Positions 1 through 8,779 of a DNA stretch of 45,125 nucleotides are shown here, in pieces. Source of the stretch: a virus (lineage: Duplodnaviria > Heunggongvirae > Uroviricota > Caudoviricetes). The stretch lies in the IMG/VR virus record IMGVR_UViG_2703718832_000003, one strand, 5' to 3'. The translations under genes and the position numbers were made by a program. Within the stretch, counting starts at the first letter, position 1, and each line of letters starts with the position of its first letter. The notes under the pieces were generated by a model. That model saw nothing but the letters and a program-made list of their open reading frames with translations, ran no database searches and was not told the DNA's origin.

Positions 1-1194
1 ATGATCACCGACACAAAGCTCAGGAAGGCGCTCGGCAAGAAAAGAGATGATATCGAGATTATTTCTGATTCGCACGGGCTCAACGCCAGAATCAGCCAGG
101 CCGGAAAAATATCATTTTTCTATCGGTATCGCTGGGCCGGTAAAGCGGTAAAACTCAATGTTGGTGATTATCCTGCAATGAGTATCACCCAGGCAAGAGA
201 GCGTCGCCAACAATTCAGAAACTGGTTAACTGAGGGACTGGATCCGCGAGAGCAGGTGAAGCTGGATAAGCAGACCCGACAGGAAGCGATGTCCGTTGCC
301 GAAGCGTTCAATTACTGGATTGAAAGGCACTGTATCGCTAACGGGCTAGTTAAAGTCGATTACTATCGCCAGGTGTTTGAGAAACATATCGCCGAACCGA
401 TGAAGAATGTCAAAGTCGATAACACAGCGAAAATGCACTGGATCAACGTCTTCGATTCTATAGAAAGCAGGGTGATGGCTCATTACATGCTTTCGCTGTG
501 CAAACGGGCGTTTAGGTTCTGCGTTAACAGAAGTGTGATCGCCTCAAACCCACTCGAGGGATTACTGCCATCTGATGTCGGGCAAAAGCCTAAAAAGAGA
601 ACTCGCAGGATGGACGATGACGATCTGCGCAAAATCTATCAGTGGTTGAAAAGCCATATGTCGATAGAGTCCGTTTTCCTAGTGAAATTTATTATGCTTA
701 CCGGATGCCGTACGGCTGAGATTCGACTTAGTGAGAGATCATGGTTTCGATTGGATGATAATGAGTGGGTCGTGCCTGCGGGCAGTTATAAAACTCGGGT
801 ACATATTAGAAGGGGACTCTCAGACGCCGCCGTTAACCTGGTCAGAAATCACCTCAAGAAAATAAACACCAATCACCTGGTGACTTCACAACGTAAAATT
901 GATGGCGGGATCAAAGATTCGCCCGTTCATTCACCTGTGGCATCCAATTACGCCCGTTCTATTTGGAATGGAACAGGTATGGCAGAGTGGTCGCTTCATG
1001 ATATGAGGCGGACGATAGCCACAAATCTCTCTGAGTTAGGTTGCCCGCCGCACGTAATTGAAAAGCTGCTCGGGCATCAGATGGTGGGGGTTATGGCGCA
1101 TTACAACCTTCATGACTATATCGATGATCAGAAACACTGGCTCCGCGTTTGGCAGAGCCATCTTGAAGAGATCATCGGAGAGCCCTTCAGTTAA
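1..1194 (+). CDS. int: Tyrosine integrase, P4-type (arm-binding N-terminal domain plus C-terminal catalytic domain)
   Basis: 397-aa ORF; N-terminus [10 protein letters not shown]...FFYRYRW resembles the P4-family arm-binding domain; C-terminus has HDMRRT...LLGH...MAHY consistent with the R-H-R-Y catalytic signature. ORF starts exactly at window position 1, so the true start could lie upstream. Confidence 0.85.
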
Positions 1195-1433
1195 TTTATC
1201 TTCTTTTTATCCTCCCACTCTTTGATTGACTCAGAGCGCCAGCGGTTAGGGTTGCCGGGCCAGTCAGGGGGTGGGAACGGGCATACGAAGCCCCGAGGCA
1301 TTGTGTCTGCACTTTGCCATGACCAAAGGGTTTTGCGTGAAATTTTGTAGCGACTGGTCAGGTCTGACGTTACCAAAATATCATCCATAGCTCTCTCCAG
1401 TTGCCCGTTCGGGCCATTCAAAATCTTTTTCAA
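1191..1433 (-). CDS. AlpA-family excisionase / small DNA-binding regulator
   Basis: 80-aa ORF convergent with int, overlapping its 3' end by 4 nt; motif ...[11 protein letters not shown]...FPPP...W...IKEW typical of AlpA/Xis-like HTH proteins. Confidence 0.55.
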
Positions 1434-1672
1434 CCAACCTGCCCGGGCAGGGAGCGGAGACGGCGCATGCCGGTCATCGCTGTGGCCACGTAGCTCGCCT
1501 TTCGGTTCACCACCTCCACCCAGACTTTCACGCCTTCAACCTTCACCGTATAAGTCTCTTTCATCTTGCTTCGCCCATAGTCGCCATATGTTTGCAAGTG
1601 AGCTGCCAGCGCGATGTCGCATGCTTGGCGAGCTAAAGGTGATTGCTTACTTCCTCGATTGATCAGTCGCAT
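1430..1672 (-). CDS. Hypothetical small protein
   Basis: 80-aa ORF whose stop overlaps the start of the excisionase-like gene on the same strand; no recognisable motif. Confidence 0.4.
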   Translation of the reverse strand: MRLINRGSKQSPLARQACDIALAAHLQTYGDYGRSKMKETYTVKVEGVKVWVEVVNRKASYVATAMTGMRRLRSLPGQVG

Positions 1673-1710
1673 ATAATCTCCTTGAGGGAGGGTTACCCCT
1701 CCCGGTTTCG

Positions 1711-2829
1711 TCAGGCCACGTATTCCGGTTTCATATCCGCCAGGGTGATGCTGAATTGATCGTGCAGTTCATCGCCTAAGTGACGCTTTGAAGATGCAAG
1801 CATGCGCTCGGCTTCAGCGAACCGTTCGGCTGCATGCGGCTCGTCGGGCTGGGGCAGGGATTTAATAGCCTCCTCAACCTTGTTGCGTGCATCCACTAGG
1901 TAATAACGCTTTACGGCTTTGTTTTTCAGCTCGGTGAATAGTGCGGATCCCAGCGTAGCTTTCGCCGTTTCAATGTCGGCACGCAGCGATTTGGCGCTAT
2001 CCACGTCCTGAGCAGATTCGATGCGTTCGCGGAAATCATCGGCAAGAGAGTCGACATTTACCGACGATTCCTGTGCGCTTTGCGTGGTTGTGACGGTGTC
2101 ACCTGAGATATCAGCCAGGCTAACGCGTTGCGGCGTTGGGTTGATCTCTTTTTCTGTGCGCTGTTCAATCTCATCAGGGGTGTACACACCAAGAACAACT
2201 GCAGGGCAATACAGGCGCGCCCAGTATTTGAGTGCCAGATAAGCGATCTGCTGTTTCGGGTTTGATACCCAAAGTGGAGAATTACGTGTGATTACGCTGG
2301 AGAGGAAAACAGGCTCTCCCCAGGTGATATCACTTTCACCGCGAATAACGGCACCTACCCGTACCGACAGTCCTTGTTCATCAGCACTTTCCCAACCGCG
2401 TACCATTTCTTTCTTGTCGTACGTCCCGCCACCTTTCGCAGGCTTTTTAACGGTTATCTCGCGGCTGCTGGCACATTTCGACCAGTCGCCCTCGTACTCA
2501 TAGTGAAAGCGGCCAACGATGGCGTTTGAGCTGGAGATCACCGCATTAACCAGTTGCGCTTCGTATCCCAGGACACCGTTAACCAGGTGCGTCTTTTGCG
2601 CCACGGCGTAAGGGTTCATACCCCACTGCATCGCCTGCATGATGATGGCCATGCAGTCTGCCGGATTGCCGCGGAGGTGCTCAGGCACCGTTACGGCTGC
2701 CTGTGCCATCAACCCGGCGACAGACTGAAGCTGGGTTAAAGCCTGCACGTTGAAAATGGCATTGCTGGCTGAGATCGTGTTTGGAGTCTGCTGTTCAGCG
2801 GTTACGATATTCGTGTTTTCCATCATCAT
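1711..2829 (-). CDS. recT: RecT-family single-strand annealing recombinase
   Basis: 372-aa ORF immediately downstream of the RecE-like exonuclease on the same strand (classic recE-recT pair); sequence pattern consistent with RecT/Bet-type annealing proteins. Confidence 0.75.
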   Translation of the reverse strand: MMMENTNIVTAEQQTPNTISASNAIFNVQALTQLQSVAGLMAQAAVTVPEHLRGNPADCMAIIMQAMQWGMNPYAVAQKTHLVNGVLGYEAQLVNAVISSSNAIVGRFHYEYEGDWSKCASSREITVKKPAKGGGTYDKKEMVRGWESADEQGLSVRVGAVIRGESDITWGEPVFLSSVITRNSPLWVSNPKQQIAYLALKYWARLYCPAVVLGVYTPDEIEQRTEKEINPTPQRVSLADISGDTVTTTQSAQESSVNVDSLADDFRERIESAQDVDSAKSLRADIETAKATLGSALFTELKNKAVKRYYLVDARNKVEEAIKSLPQPDEPHAAERFAEAERMLASSKRHLGDELHDQFSITLADMKPEYVA

Positions 2830-2834
2830 TCCCC

Positions 2835-5741
2835 TTATGCCTGAGTACGCAGCGCTTCAAGGCGGCGCAGGTCGAAGTCGTTCAGTTCGTCGGTGTAGTC
2901 AGCAGTGATTGGCGCTGGCCATTCACCTGTGTCGAATCCGGTTGCGATATTGCGCATCGCTTTGCGGTACTCGAGCATACCCAGCTCCAGTAGTTCAGCG
3001 GATGCCTCGATGATGGCGATCCAGTGGTAGTTCTCGTCTTTGTTGACGAAAATCCAGAAGAACTGATCCAGCGCTGCGGTTTCGCAGTACATAGCCGCGC
3101 TCAGGTGATAATCACGTTCAATAATTTCCCGGTGTAGCCTGGCGCGCAGGCTTTCCTGCTTAACATTCCACATGCTGATGGTTTTCAGGTCTGCACCTAT
3201 ACGCACGCCATCCAGGTCGATCTCAAGGTCAGGGCGCACACGAACTTCCAAGCCCGTCTCCTCGTCAAAACCAAAGTAGCTCACCTCAACGGCTCGGCTA
3301 GGGTGGGTCAGCAGCATGCCGGCGGTCGGGTGTGCCAGAAGCGCTTTTTGAATATTCAGCGCGGTGCTCAGCTGCTGGCGGGTGACCAGCACTTTTCCTT
3401 CCGGGTTATCGCGCCAGGCATCCAGCAGTTCGTCGGCAAATACGGCATCTGGTTTGACTGCCTTCACGGCCTGGATCATGTCTGCTTTGGTACCGGACAC
3501 TTTCAGTGGTGCCGGTTTCTGTGCTTCCTGAGCCACAAGGTCAGGGTTGATGATTGCCAACTGCTCCAGCAGCGCGTCACGGCTGCCGCTGGTTTTAACC
3601 GGCGGCGGCAGGGTGGCGTTGTACTCTTTAATGCATGCCTTCATTGCCGTCGCCGTCTGCTTCTGGTCACCATCAATACGCTGGAAGTCAGCTGGCAGCG
3701 CCATATAGTTCTGTGCCGTTTCTTCCAGGTTAGCGCCAAGCGGAACCTGCGGCGGCAGGGTGGCGTTGTACTCTTCCAGTAACACCTTGATGTCGTCGGC
3801 AGACAGCAGCGCCGGCAGGCTGGCATTGTGCTCATCGATAAAGGCGCGCAGGGTCGCGGCCGTTGTGAATGCGCCTTCAGGGATCACCGGTTCAACGCTG
3901 AATTCTGCGTCCAGTAGTTCAGGCTGCAACGCCAGCGCATGCACCAAGTTGCCCATGTCCAGCACCGCTGAGCGCTCTTTGACGATGGTTTTCTCTACGT
4001 GGCGCGCATTGAAGTACATCAGCGAAACGCGCGCATCTTTCACCTGGGTTGAGCTGATGCCGTTGGCGGCGTGGTAAACCTCGTTTGGCAGCCCTTCATA
4101 GCGGCCTGGCTCGAAATAAGCGGGATAAACAACAGCTGGTTCGTCAGATTGCGCTTCTGGCTCGGTTTGTGCTGCAACTGGTTCGGTTTGGCTTACAGAA
4201 TCGCTATTTTTGGCGACAGAATCCGTATTCTGGTCTACATCGTCCTTCTGGCTGGTATCTGACTCTTCACCAGACTCCAGACTGCTTTCGCCTGGCTGTA
4301 CTTCATCACCAGCTTGTTTTTCATCACTGACAGTTTCTTGAACCTGCACATTGCTGGTGGTCTCCGTAGCCTTTTTCGTGCCATGAGTTGCTGAGTTCTG
4401 CAGCAAAGCCGTAACGTCGAATATTCCGTTGCCGACATTTTTAACCAGTTCTTGTTCGACTTTCTGCGGTTGTGCTGCCGCTTCCTCTGCGCGGCGGCGT
4501 GCTCCTTCTTCACGCACGCGTTGCAGGTTCTCTTCGTGAGTGCAGAAGGATTTGCGCGGAGACTCCTTACCTTCAGGTTGGGGAATTTCCTGTGCTGCGG
4601 GTTCAGCCTCATGCAACGGCAATAACTCGACCGCGGAATTGAACGCGGCTGTCATGGTCTGGTTAACAAATTCCAGGTGAGCGACAGGAGTTAAATGAAT
4701 ATTTTCCGGTGCGATACGTACCAGGTTAAAAATAGCCGTGCGGTTAACACCCAGAACGCCTGGCTGATTGCGCAGGATGTTGCTCCATGATTTCCATGGT
4801 TCTTCTTTTTTGGTCACGATTTCTTTAGCGCGACGAAGAATGCTGCCCGGGATCTCGAAGTGGTTGAAGTCCATAGGCAGAAGGGCACACGCAATCTCTA
4901 AATCGAGAGTGTCCAGTGTGTGGTGTGCGTCAGGTCCACGGTCAGTGACGTAACCGCCGTCGGCATTAGTGCCGGAATCAGTACGCTGCACACTACTGAT
5001 GCGATTACCGGCGGCCCATTCACGCGCCAGGATGCCACGGTCAATGTAATCAGTCGCCGCCCACATTCTGGTGAAACGGAGTACCAGCGCGAGTTCGTGA
5101 CGCTTGTCCTGGCTGAACACTTTGCGAATGGCATCGGTGTAGCGCCACAGGTCTTTGGTGTCGTAACCCTTCACTTCCGGGCAGTTCTCAGCAGCTAACA
5201 GCAAGTTCTGGACGTAACTGTTATCAGTGTCCATCTCCAGCGCGCCGATAGCTTCGTACTCTTCGTGGGTTACGTGGTGGCGCAGTTCGTCGGCGGTGAA
5301 CTGGGAAAGCAGTTGCTTACGAAACGGCATCTGCACTACCGGGTAGAGGGTTGAGTCGTCGTCGTGTTCGTCCAGCGTGATGCCAGCGGTTTCTGGCAGC
5401 GTTGACTCAGTAGTTATGTGACTATCAACGGTCTGAGCCGTTTTCTCGTCAGAGTTTTCAGCTGTGACTTTTGGCAGCCAGGTGCGCCCATCGTCCTGAA
5501 GCTCGTAGCGATCACACCAGGTAAAATCAACTTCACCTTCTTTCGGCAGGCCGTCGACAACTGGGAAATCAGTGCGAATCGGTTTGGCGTAGTCCTTACC
5601 CCGACCTGTTTCGATACCTGCATCTTCCAGCGCAACATCCAGCATCAGATTGGCGCGAGCCTCGGTTTTAGCAGTGAACCAGACCACTGCATCTTGCTTT
5701 CCGGATTTCTGAGTGGCTTTAACCACATTAAAGAATTCCAT
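2835..5741 (-). CDS. recE: RecE-like exonuclease VIII (long N-terminal region plus C-terminal nuclease domain)
   Basis: 968-aa ORF directly upstream of recT; long acidic/Ser-rich disordered middle region and conserved-looking C-terminal domain, as in Rac-type RecE. Contains an internal repeat encoding EYNATLPP twice. Confidence 0.65.
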   Translation of the reverse strand: MEFFNVVKATQKSGKQDAVVWFTAKTEARANLMLDVALEDAGIETGRGKDYAKPIRTDFPVVDGLPKEGEVDFTWCDRYELQDDGRTWLPKVTAENSDEKTAQTVDSHITTESTLPETAGITLDEHDDDSTLYPVVQMPFRKQLLSQFTADELRHHVTHEEYEAIGALEMDTDNSYVQNLLLAAENCPEVKGYDTKDLWRYTDAIRKVFSQDKRHELALVLRFTRMWAATDYIDRGILAREWAAGNRISSVQRTDSGTNADGGYVTDRGPDAHHTLDTLDLEIACALLPMDFNHFEIPGSILRRAKEIVTKKEEPWKSWSNILRNQPGVLGVNRTAIFNLVRIAPENIHLTPVAHLEFVNQTMTAAFNSAVELLPLHEAEPAAQEIPQPEGKESPRKSFCTHEENLQRVREEGARRRAEEAAAQPQKVEQELVKNVGNGIFDVTALLQNSATHGTKKATETTSNVQVQETVSDEKQAGDEVQPGESSLESGEESDTSQKDDVDQNTDSVAKNSDSVSQTEPVAAQTEPEAQSDEPAVVYPAYFEPGRYEGLPNEVYHAANGISSTQVKDARVSLMYFNARHVEKTIVKERSAVLDMGNLVHALALQPELLDAEFSVEPVIPEGAFTTAATLRAFIDEHNASLPALLSADDIKVLLEEYNATLPPQVPLGANLEETAQNYMALPADFQRIDGDQKQTATAMKACIKEYNATLPPPVKTSGSRDALLEQLAIINPDLVAQEAQKPAPLKVSGTKADMIQAVKAVKPDAVFADELLDAWRDNPEGKVLVTRQQLSTALNIQKALLAHPTAGMLLTHPSRAVEVSYFGFDEETGLEVRVRPDLEIDLDGVRIGADLKTISMWNVKQESLRARLHREIIERDYHLSAAMYCETAALDQFFWIFVNKDENYHWIAIIEASAELLELGMLEYRKAMRNIATGFDTGEWPAPITADYTDELNDFDLRRLEALRTQA

Positions 5742-5881
5742 GTGAGATCCTCATTTTTGGGTGTTAGAATCCCCGGACCATTGATAGCGCCCATTGGGTT
5801 AACTTTGGTTTTAATGTTGTTTCCGGTGTAACTTTGGTCGGTGAGGCCGGACATGGCGGGCCCACTTCGGTGGGCTTTCGC

Positions 5882-6169
5882 TTAACTGACGGCTACGATC
5901 GCCTCATTCATAAAATCTTGCTTGTATGTACGGTAGGTTCCCCAGCCGGCGTAATCGCTATCGCTGATTTTGAGTACCAGCAAGCTGATCTCCTCAATGG
6001 CGCAGTGCGGGCAATCAAACTTGCCAAGCACATAGCCACCGTCGAGAATGACTGTTGTTTCACCGTTTGTAGTTGAGTGAATAACGCCTGATACTTTCTT
6101 CTCGCAGTTGAATGCAGCCACTTCTTTATTCACTGCTTTCAGGTTCATTTCGATTTTTACGATTTCCAT
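5882..6169 (-). CDS. Hypothetical phage protein
   Basis: 95-aa ORF in the leftward early operon; no recognisable motif. Confidence 0.4.
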   Translation of the reverse strand: MEIVKIEMNLKAVNKEVAAFNCEKKVSGVIHSTTNGETTVILDGGYVLGKFDCPHCAIEEISLLVLKISDSDYAGWGTYRTYKQDFMNEAIVAVS

Positions 6170-6254
6170 AAAATCTCCAGTTGTTAAATTAAGGGTGTAA
6201 GAAGCCGCGCCAAATTAATGGCGAATTTTTCATTTCATATTTCAGGACTGCTAT

Positions 6255-6413
6255 TTAACTTTCGTTCGCCATCTGGTCGTATTCAGCGCATTGCTTAGAG
6301 CAATATTCTTTTTCTTTCTGTGCCAGTTGCGAACCGTTGAGATAGAGCAAGGTGCTCTTTACTTCTGCGCCTTCTTCAACAGGCTTGTGGCAATAACCAC
6401 ATTCTTTTTTCAT
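6255..6413 (-). CDS. Small Cys-rich (zinc-ribbon-like) protein, about 52 aa
   Basis: Not in the ORF track (under 60 aa). Read by eye on the minus strand: MKKECGYCHKPVEEGAEVKSTLLYLNGSQLAQKEKEYCSKQCAEYDQMANES, with an AGGTG RBS upstream and two CxxC-like pairs. Confidence 0.3.
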   Translation of the reverse strand: MKKECGYCHKPVEEGAEVKSTLLYLNGSQLAQKEKEYCSKQCAEYDQMANES

Positions 6414-6446
6414 CACCTGTCCTTAAAGTGTTTTGGCAACTCTCCG

Positions 6447-6653
6447 TTAATGGCTGAGGCCATTCCCCAGACCGTTCAGATAAACTTCAACCAGCAAATC
6501 CCTGGTGTAAGTCATCTCAACGCCGCGATGCAGATACAAACGACCACGAGCATTAGCTGATGCCGTCCAGGTTGAATCCTTGTGTTTGACGAGCATCCCC
6601 GGCTGAACTGCGCCGCGGTTTACTGTCTGTGTACCGTAGTGCTGGTTTACCAT
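6447..6653 (-). CDS. Hypothetical small protein
   Basis: 68-aa ORF in the leftward operon; weak evidence beyond ORF length and orientation. Confidence 0.3.
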   Translation of the reverse strand: MVNQHYGTQTVNRGAVQPGMLVKHKDSTWTASANARGRLYLHRGVEMTYTRDLLVEVYLNGLGNGLSH

Positions 6654-6817
6654 GATTTCCTCTTGGCCTTATCGCGGCGAACGGAACGGTTAATACAAGA
6701 CTTCAACGCATTTATTCAGTGTTTCAATGGGCGGTGGATGGCCGCCGGTTGTCATAAATGGGCAGACTCGAAAATCTGCCTATGTATGGCCGATAAAAAA
6801 CCCGCCGTTGCGGGTCT

Positions 6818-7138
6818 TCAGAAATAGTCTTTGTGGTCTTGCATCGCTCGCTCGAGGATTACCTTTGCATCTTCAAAGCTGGCAGATTCAAAAGCCTCTC
6901 TTATGGCCTTAGCCAGGCAAGTCGCATCGCTTTCATAGTCATCAGCTCTGCTTTCCCAGTTTGATGCCTCTTCTTCAGCCTCATAAAGGCGATCGCCATA
7001 CTCGCACTCGAGTTCCTGGCGCACTTCATCACGAAGCTTCTCCTTGATGATTTCGGAGGCTTCTTCAATCGGCATTGTTTCCAGAATCGTCTCTGGCTGA
7101 TGAGTGCCGTATTTCAGTGAGATGTCAGTAGCAAACAT
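6818..7138 (-). CDS. Acidic hypothetical protein (about 106 aa from the RBS-supported start; track start at 7255 is the alternative)
   Basis: In-frame ATG at 7136-7138 preceded by a strong GGAGG RBS; product is Glu/Asp-rich. The longer 145-aa version from 7255 has no obvious RBS but is preceded by the repeated 17-mer hairpin. Confidence 0.4.
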   Translation of the reverse strand: MFATDISLKYGTHQPETILETMPIEEASEIIKEKLRDEVRQELECEYGDRLYEAEEEASNWESRADDYESDATCLAKAIREAFESASFEDAKVILERAMQDHKDYF

Positions 7139-7302
7139 GCAACCTCCAAAAAAATGCCCGCGCGCTGGCGGGCCAAGAAGACTTTTCCAATCCAACCAGA
7201 ACAGGATCATCGTCTCCTGTGTGGTTGAGATGGCAGTATTACCATCACCAAGCATCGGCGTCCGGTGCTTGAGGCTGGCGCTGTCGTTACCCGCTGATGC
7301 GG

Positions 7303-7491
7303 TTATGTCTCATCGACGCATGGAAGTGATTTCCAGTCGATATCGTTTTTTGCCGAATCCCACAGGCCTTTCTTTTTGTACTTTTCTGAGCATGGAATGC
7401 AGATGTTGTAAGGCCTGCCAACCATGTTTACAGATATTCTCTGCATCTCTTCAGATGCCAGAAAGTACCCACAGAATTGACACTTGTGCAT
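7303..7491 (-). CDS. Small Cys-rich (zinc-finger-like) protein
   Basis: 62-aa ORF MHKCQFCGY...CIPCSEKY with CxxC...CxxC; GGAGAG RBS upstream; first gene downstream of the putative PL region. Confidence 0.45.
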   Translation of the reverse strand: MHKCQFCGYFLASEEMQRISVNMVGRPYNICIPCSEKYKKKGLWDSAKNDIDWKSLPCVDET

Positions 7492-7910
7492 ACGTACTCT
7501 CCACTTAGTTACCCGCTGATGCGGGAGAAATGCTTTGGCGATGTGGTAGGTGGGAGACCCATTTCGACCCGATTCGGCCTACTTATCTTCGGCAATAGCT
7601 CCTCGGGCCTCGCCGCTTTACGTGCGACATATTCCCGTCCATGAACCCTTCACCACATCCCATAACATTCCCTGTATTGGTCAGCGCCAACTCCCTGCCA
7701 GTGTTGCCCGTTCTCACGCCGTTCTCGCTCTCGCGCGGGGATACTCTCTCACCGACCGGATCGCACCCGGTGATACAGCACGTTTACGTGTAGGGGTCTT
7801 AACAGGTCATTGACGCTGTAAATCTGCATGTTGTTAAAAAGCAGGCGACTTGCTGTCCGCCGCTGGCTAACTTCGCTCAGCTGTCGATGTTTCGTTTCGA
7901 TGGATTAAAG

Positions 7911-7949
7911 ATAACCTTAGTTATGAGTGATGGCAATAACCTAATTTAT
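7911..7949. promoter_or_regulatory. OL-like operator region: two ATAAC-N5-TTAT sites (7911-7924 and 7936-7949)
   Basis: Same 14-bp site architecture and roughly 25-bp centre spacing as the three sites between cI and cro; AT-rich promoter-like sequence around it; positioned like lambda PL/OL. Confidence 0.4.
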
Positions 7950-8030
7950 AATTATCATCACATAAGTTATAATGCACTGATAGCTAAATGAATTTATTTT
8001 TGTAAAAAATGTGGCGGGGGGGGATTTCTG

Positions 8031-8057
8031 GCAATAAAAAACCCCGCAATGCGGGGC
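8031..8057 (-). terminator. Intrinsic terminator ending the cI / rex-slot operon
   Basis: Minus-strand transcript folds as GCCCCGC-AUU-GCGGGG (stem 8042-8047 with 8051-8056) followed by a U-run (plus-strand A-run 8032-8041); lies 20 nt downstream of the 8076 stop. Confidence 0.6.
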
Positions 8058-8075
8058 TTTCAATCAAGGTGGGGT

Positions 8076-8765
8076 TTAGAAATAACCACTGTCTTTGCAG
8101 ACGGATAGCGTTGACAGGGTCTCGGCATCATCTCCGCCCATACCAATAAAGCCAGCGTGAGGTTTGCCATTGTTGATAAGCATGACCATGAAAGGAGTGT
8201 TTCCAGCATAGCCGCCATATGAGTTTTTGGAATTAACCAGGCCGCAGTAAGCGCCTTTCCCGTTGCTCACAAACTTAGAGTGCTTGAATCTGGCACTTTC
8301 TGGATCCTTCAATTGGTCTTTCACTGCTGCCTCAACAGCATTTATCTCCTGCTTCGTGAGAGACCTATATTTCCAGGCAGTTGCCGGTTTGTCGTTATCT
8401 GAATTGTTCGGCGATGGACTAACATCAATGCAGTTGGCCCATTGCTCAGTAATTCGAGCAATTCGGTCAGAGATAGCGAAATCAGTTTTAGAAAGGCTTG
8501 CCGCGAACACTTTTGTCTTGTCGTCAAGAAAAAGCATTCCATTTTTTTGTTCACTGATTATTGGTGAAATGATCACACCACCATTTGGACGTGTGGCTTT
8601 AAAGGATTTTCCATCAAATTCGACAGTGCCTTTTCCGCCAGGAATCATTGGAGCATTAGCTCCATTACTGATGTCCGACTTAGCGTAATCGCAGCTCAGG
8701 GTGCTAGAGCCGATTGCGTTCGTAGTTAAAGCCAGTAAAGATAATGCTATTAGTTCTAATTTCAT
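8076..8765 (-). CDS. Secreted/periplasmic protein of unknown function in the rex position (lysogenic-conversion or exclusion candidate)
   Basis: 229-aa ORF with an N-terminal signal peptide (MKLELIALSLLALTTNAIG...) and four Cys; starts 14 nt after the cI stop with a GAGGGAAGG RBS, so co-transcribed with cI; followed by a terminator; appears lower in G+C than its neighbours by eye. Confidence 0.6.
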   Translation of the reverse strand: MKLELIALSLLALTTNAIGSSTLSCDYAKSDISNGANAPMIPGGKGTVEFDGKSFKATRPNGGVIISPIISEQKNGMLFLDDKTKVFAASLSKTDFAISDRIARITEQWANCIDVSPSPNNSDNDKPATAWKYRSLTKQEINAVEAAVKDQLKDPESARFKHSKFVSNGKGAYCGLVNSKNSYGGYAGNTPFMVMLINNGKPHAGFIGMGGDDAETLSTLSVCKDSGYF

Positions 8766-8779
8766 CCCTTCCCTCTTGA

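Noticed and set aside
3303-4330. Several plus-strand ORFs of 60-160 aa (3303-3782, 3760-4077, 4071-4262, 4085-4330)
   Set aside because: Entirely antisense within the 968-aa RecE-like ORF, with low-complexity Arg/Cys/Leu-rich translations typical of antisense frames in G+C-rich coding sequence.
7550-7813. Plus-strand 87-aa ORF in the leftward operon leader
   Set aside because: Opposite in orientation to all neighbouring early genes, no RBS, and a Pro/Arg-rich low-complexity translation; more likely non-coding leader sequence.
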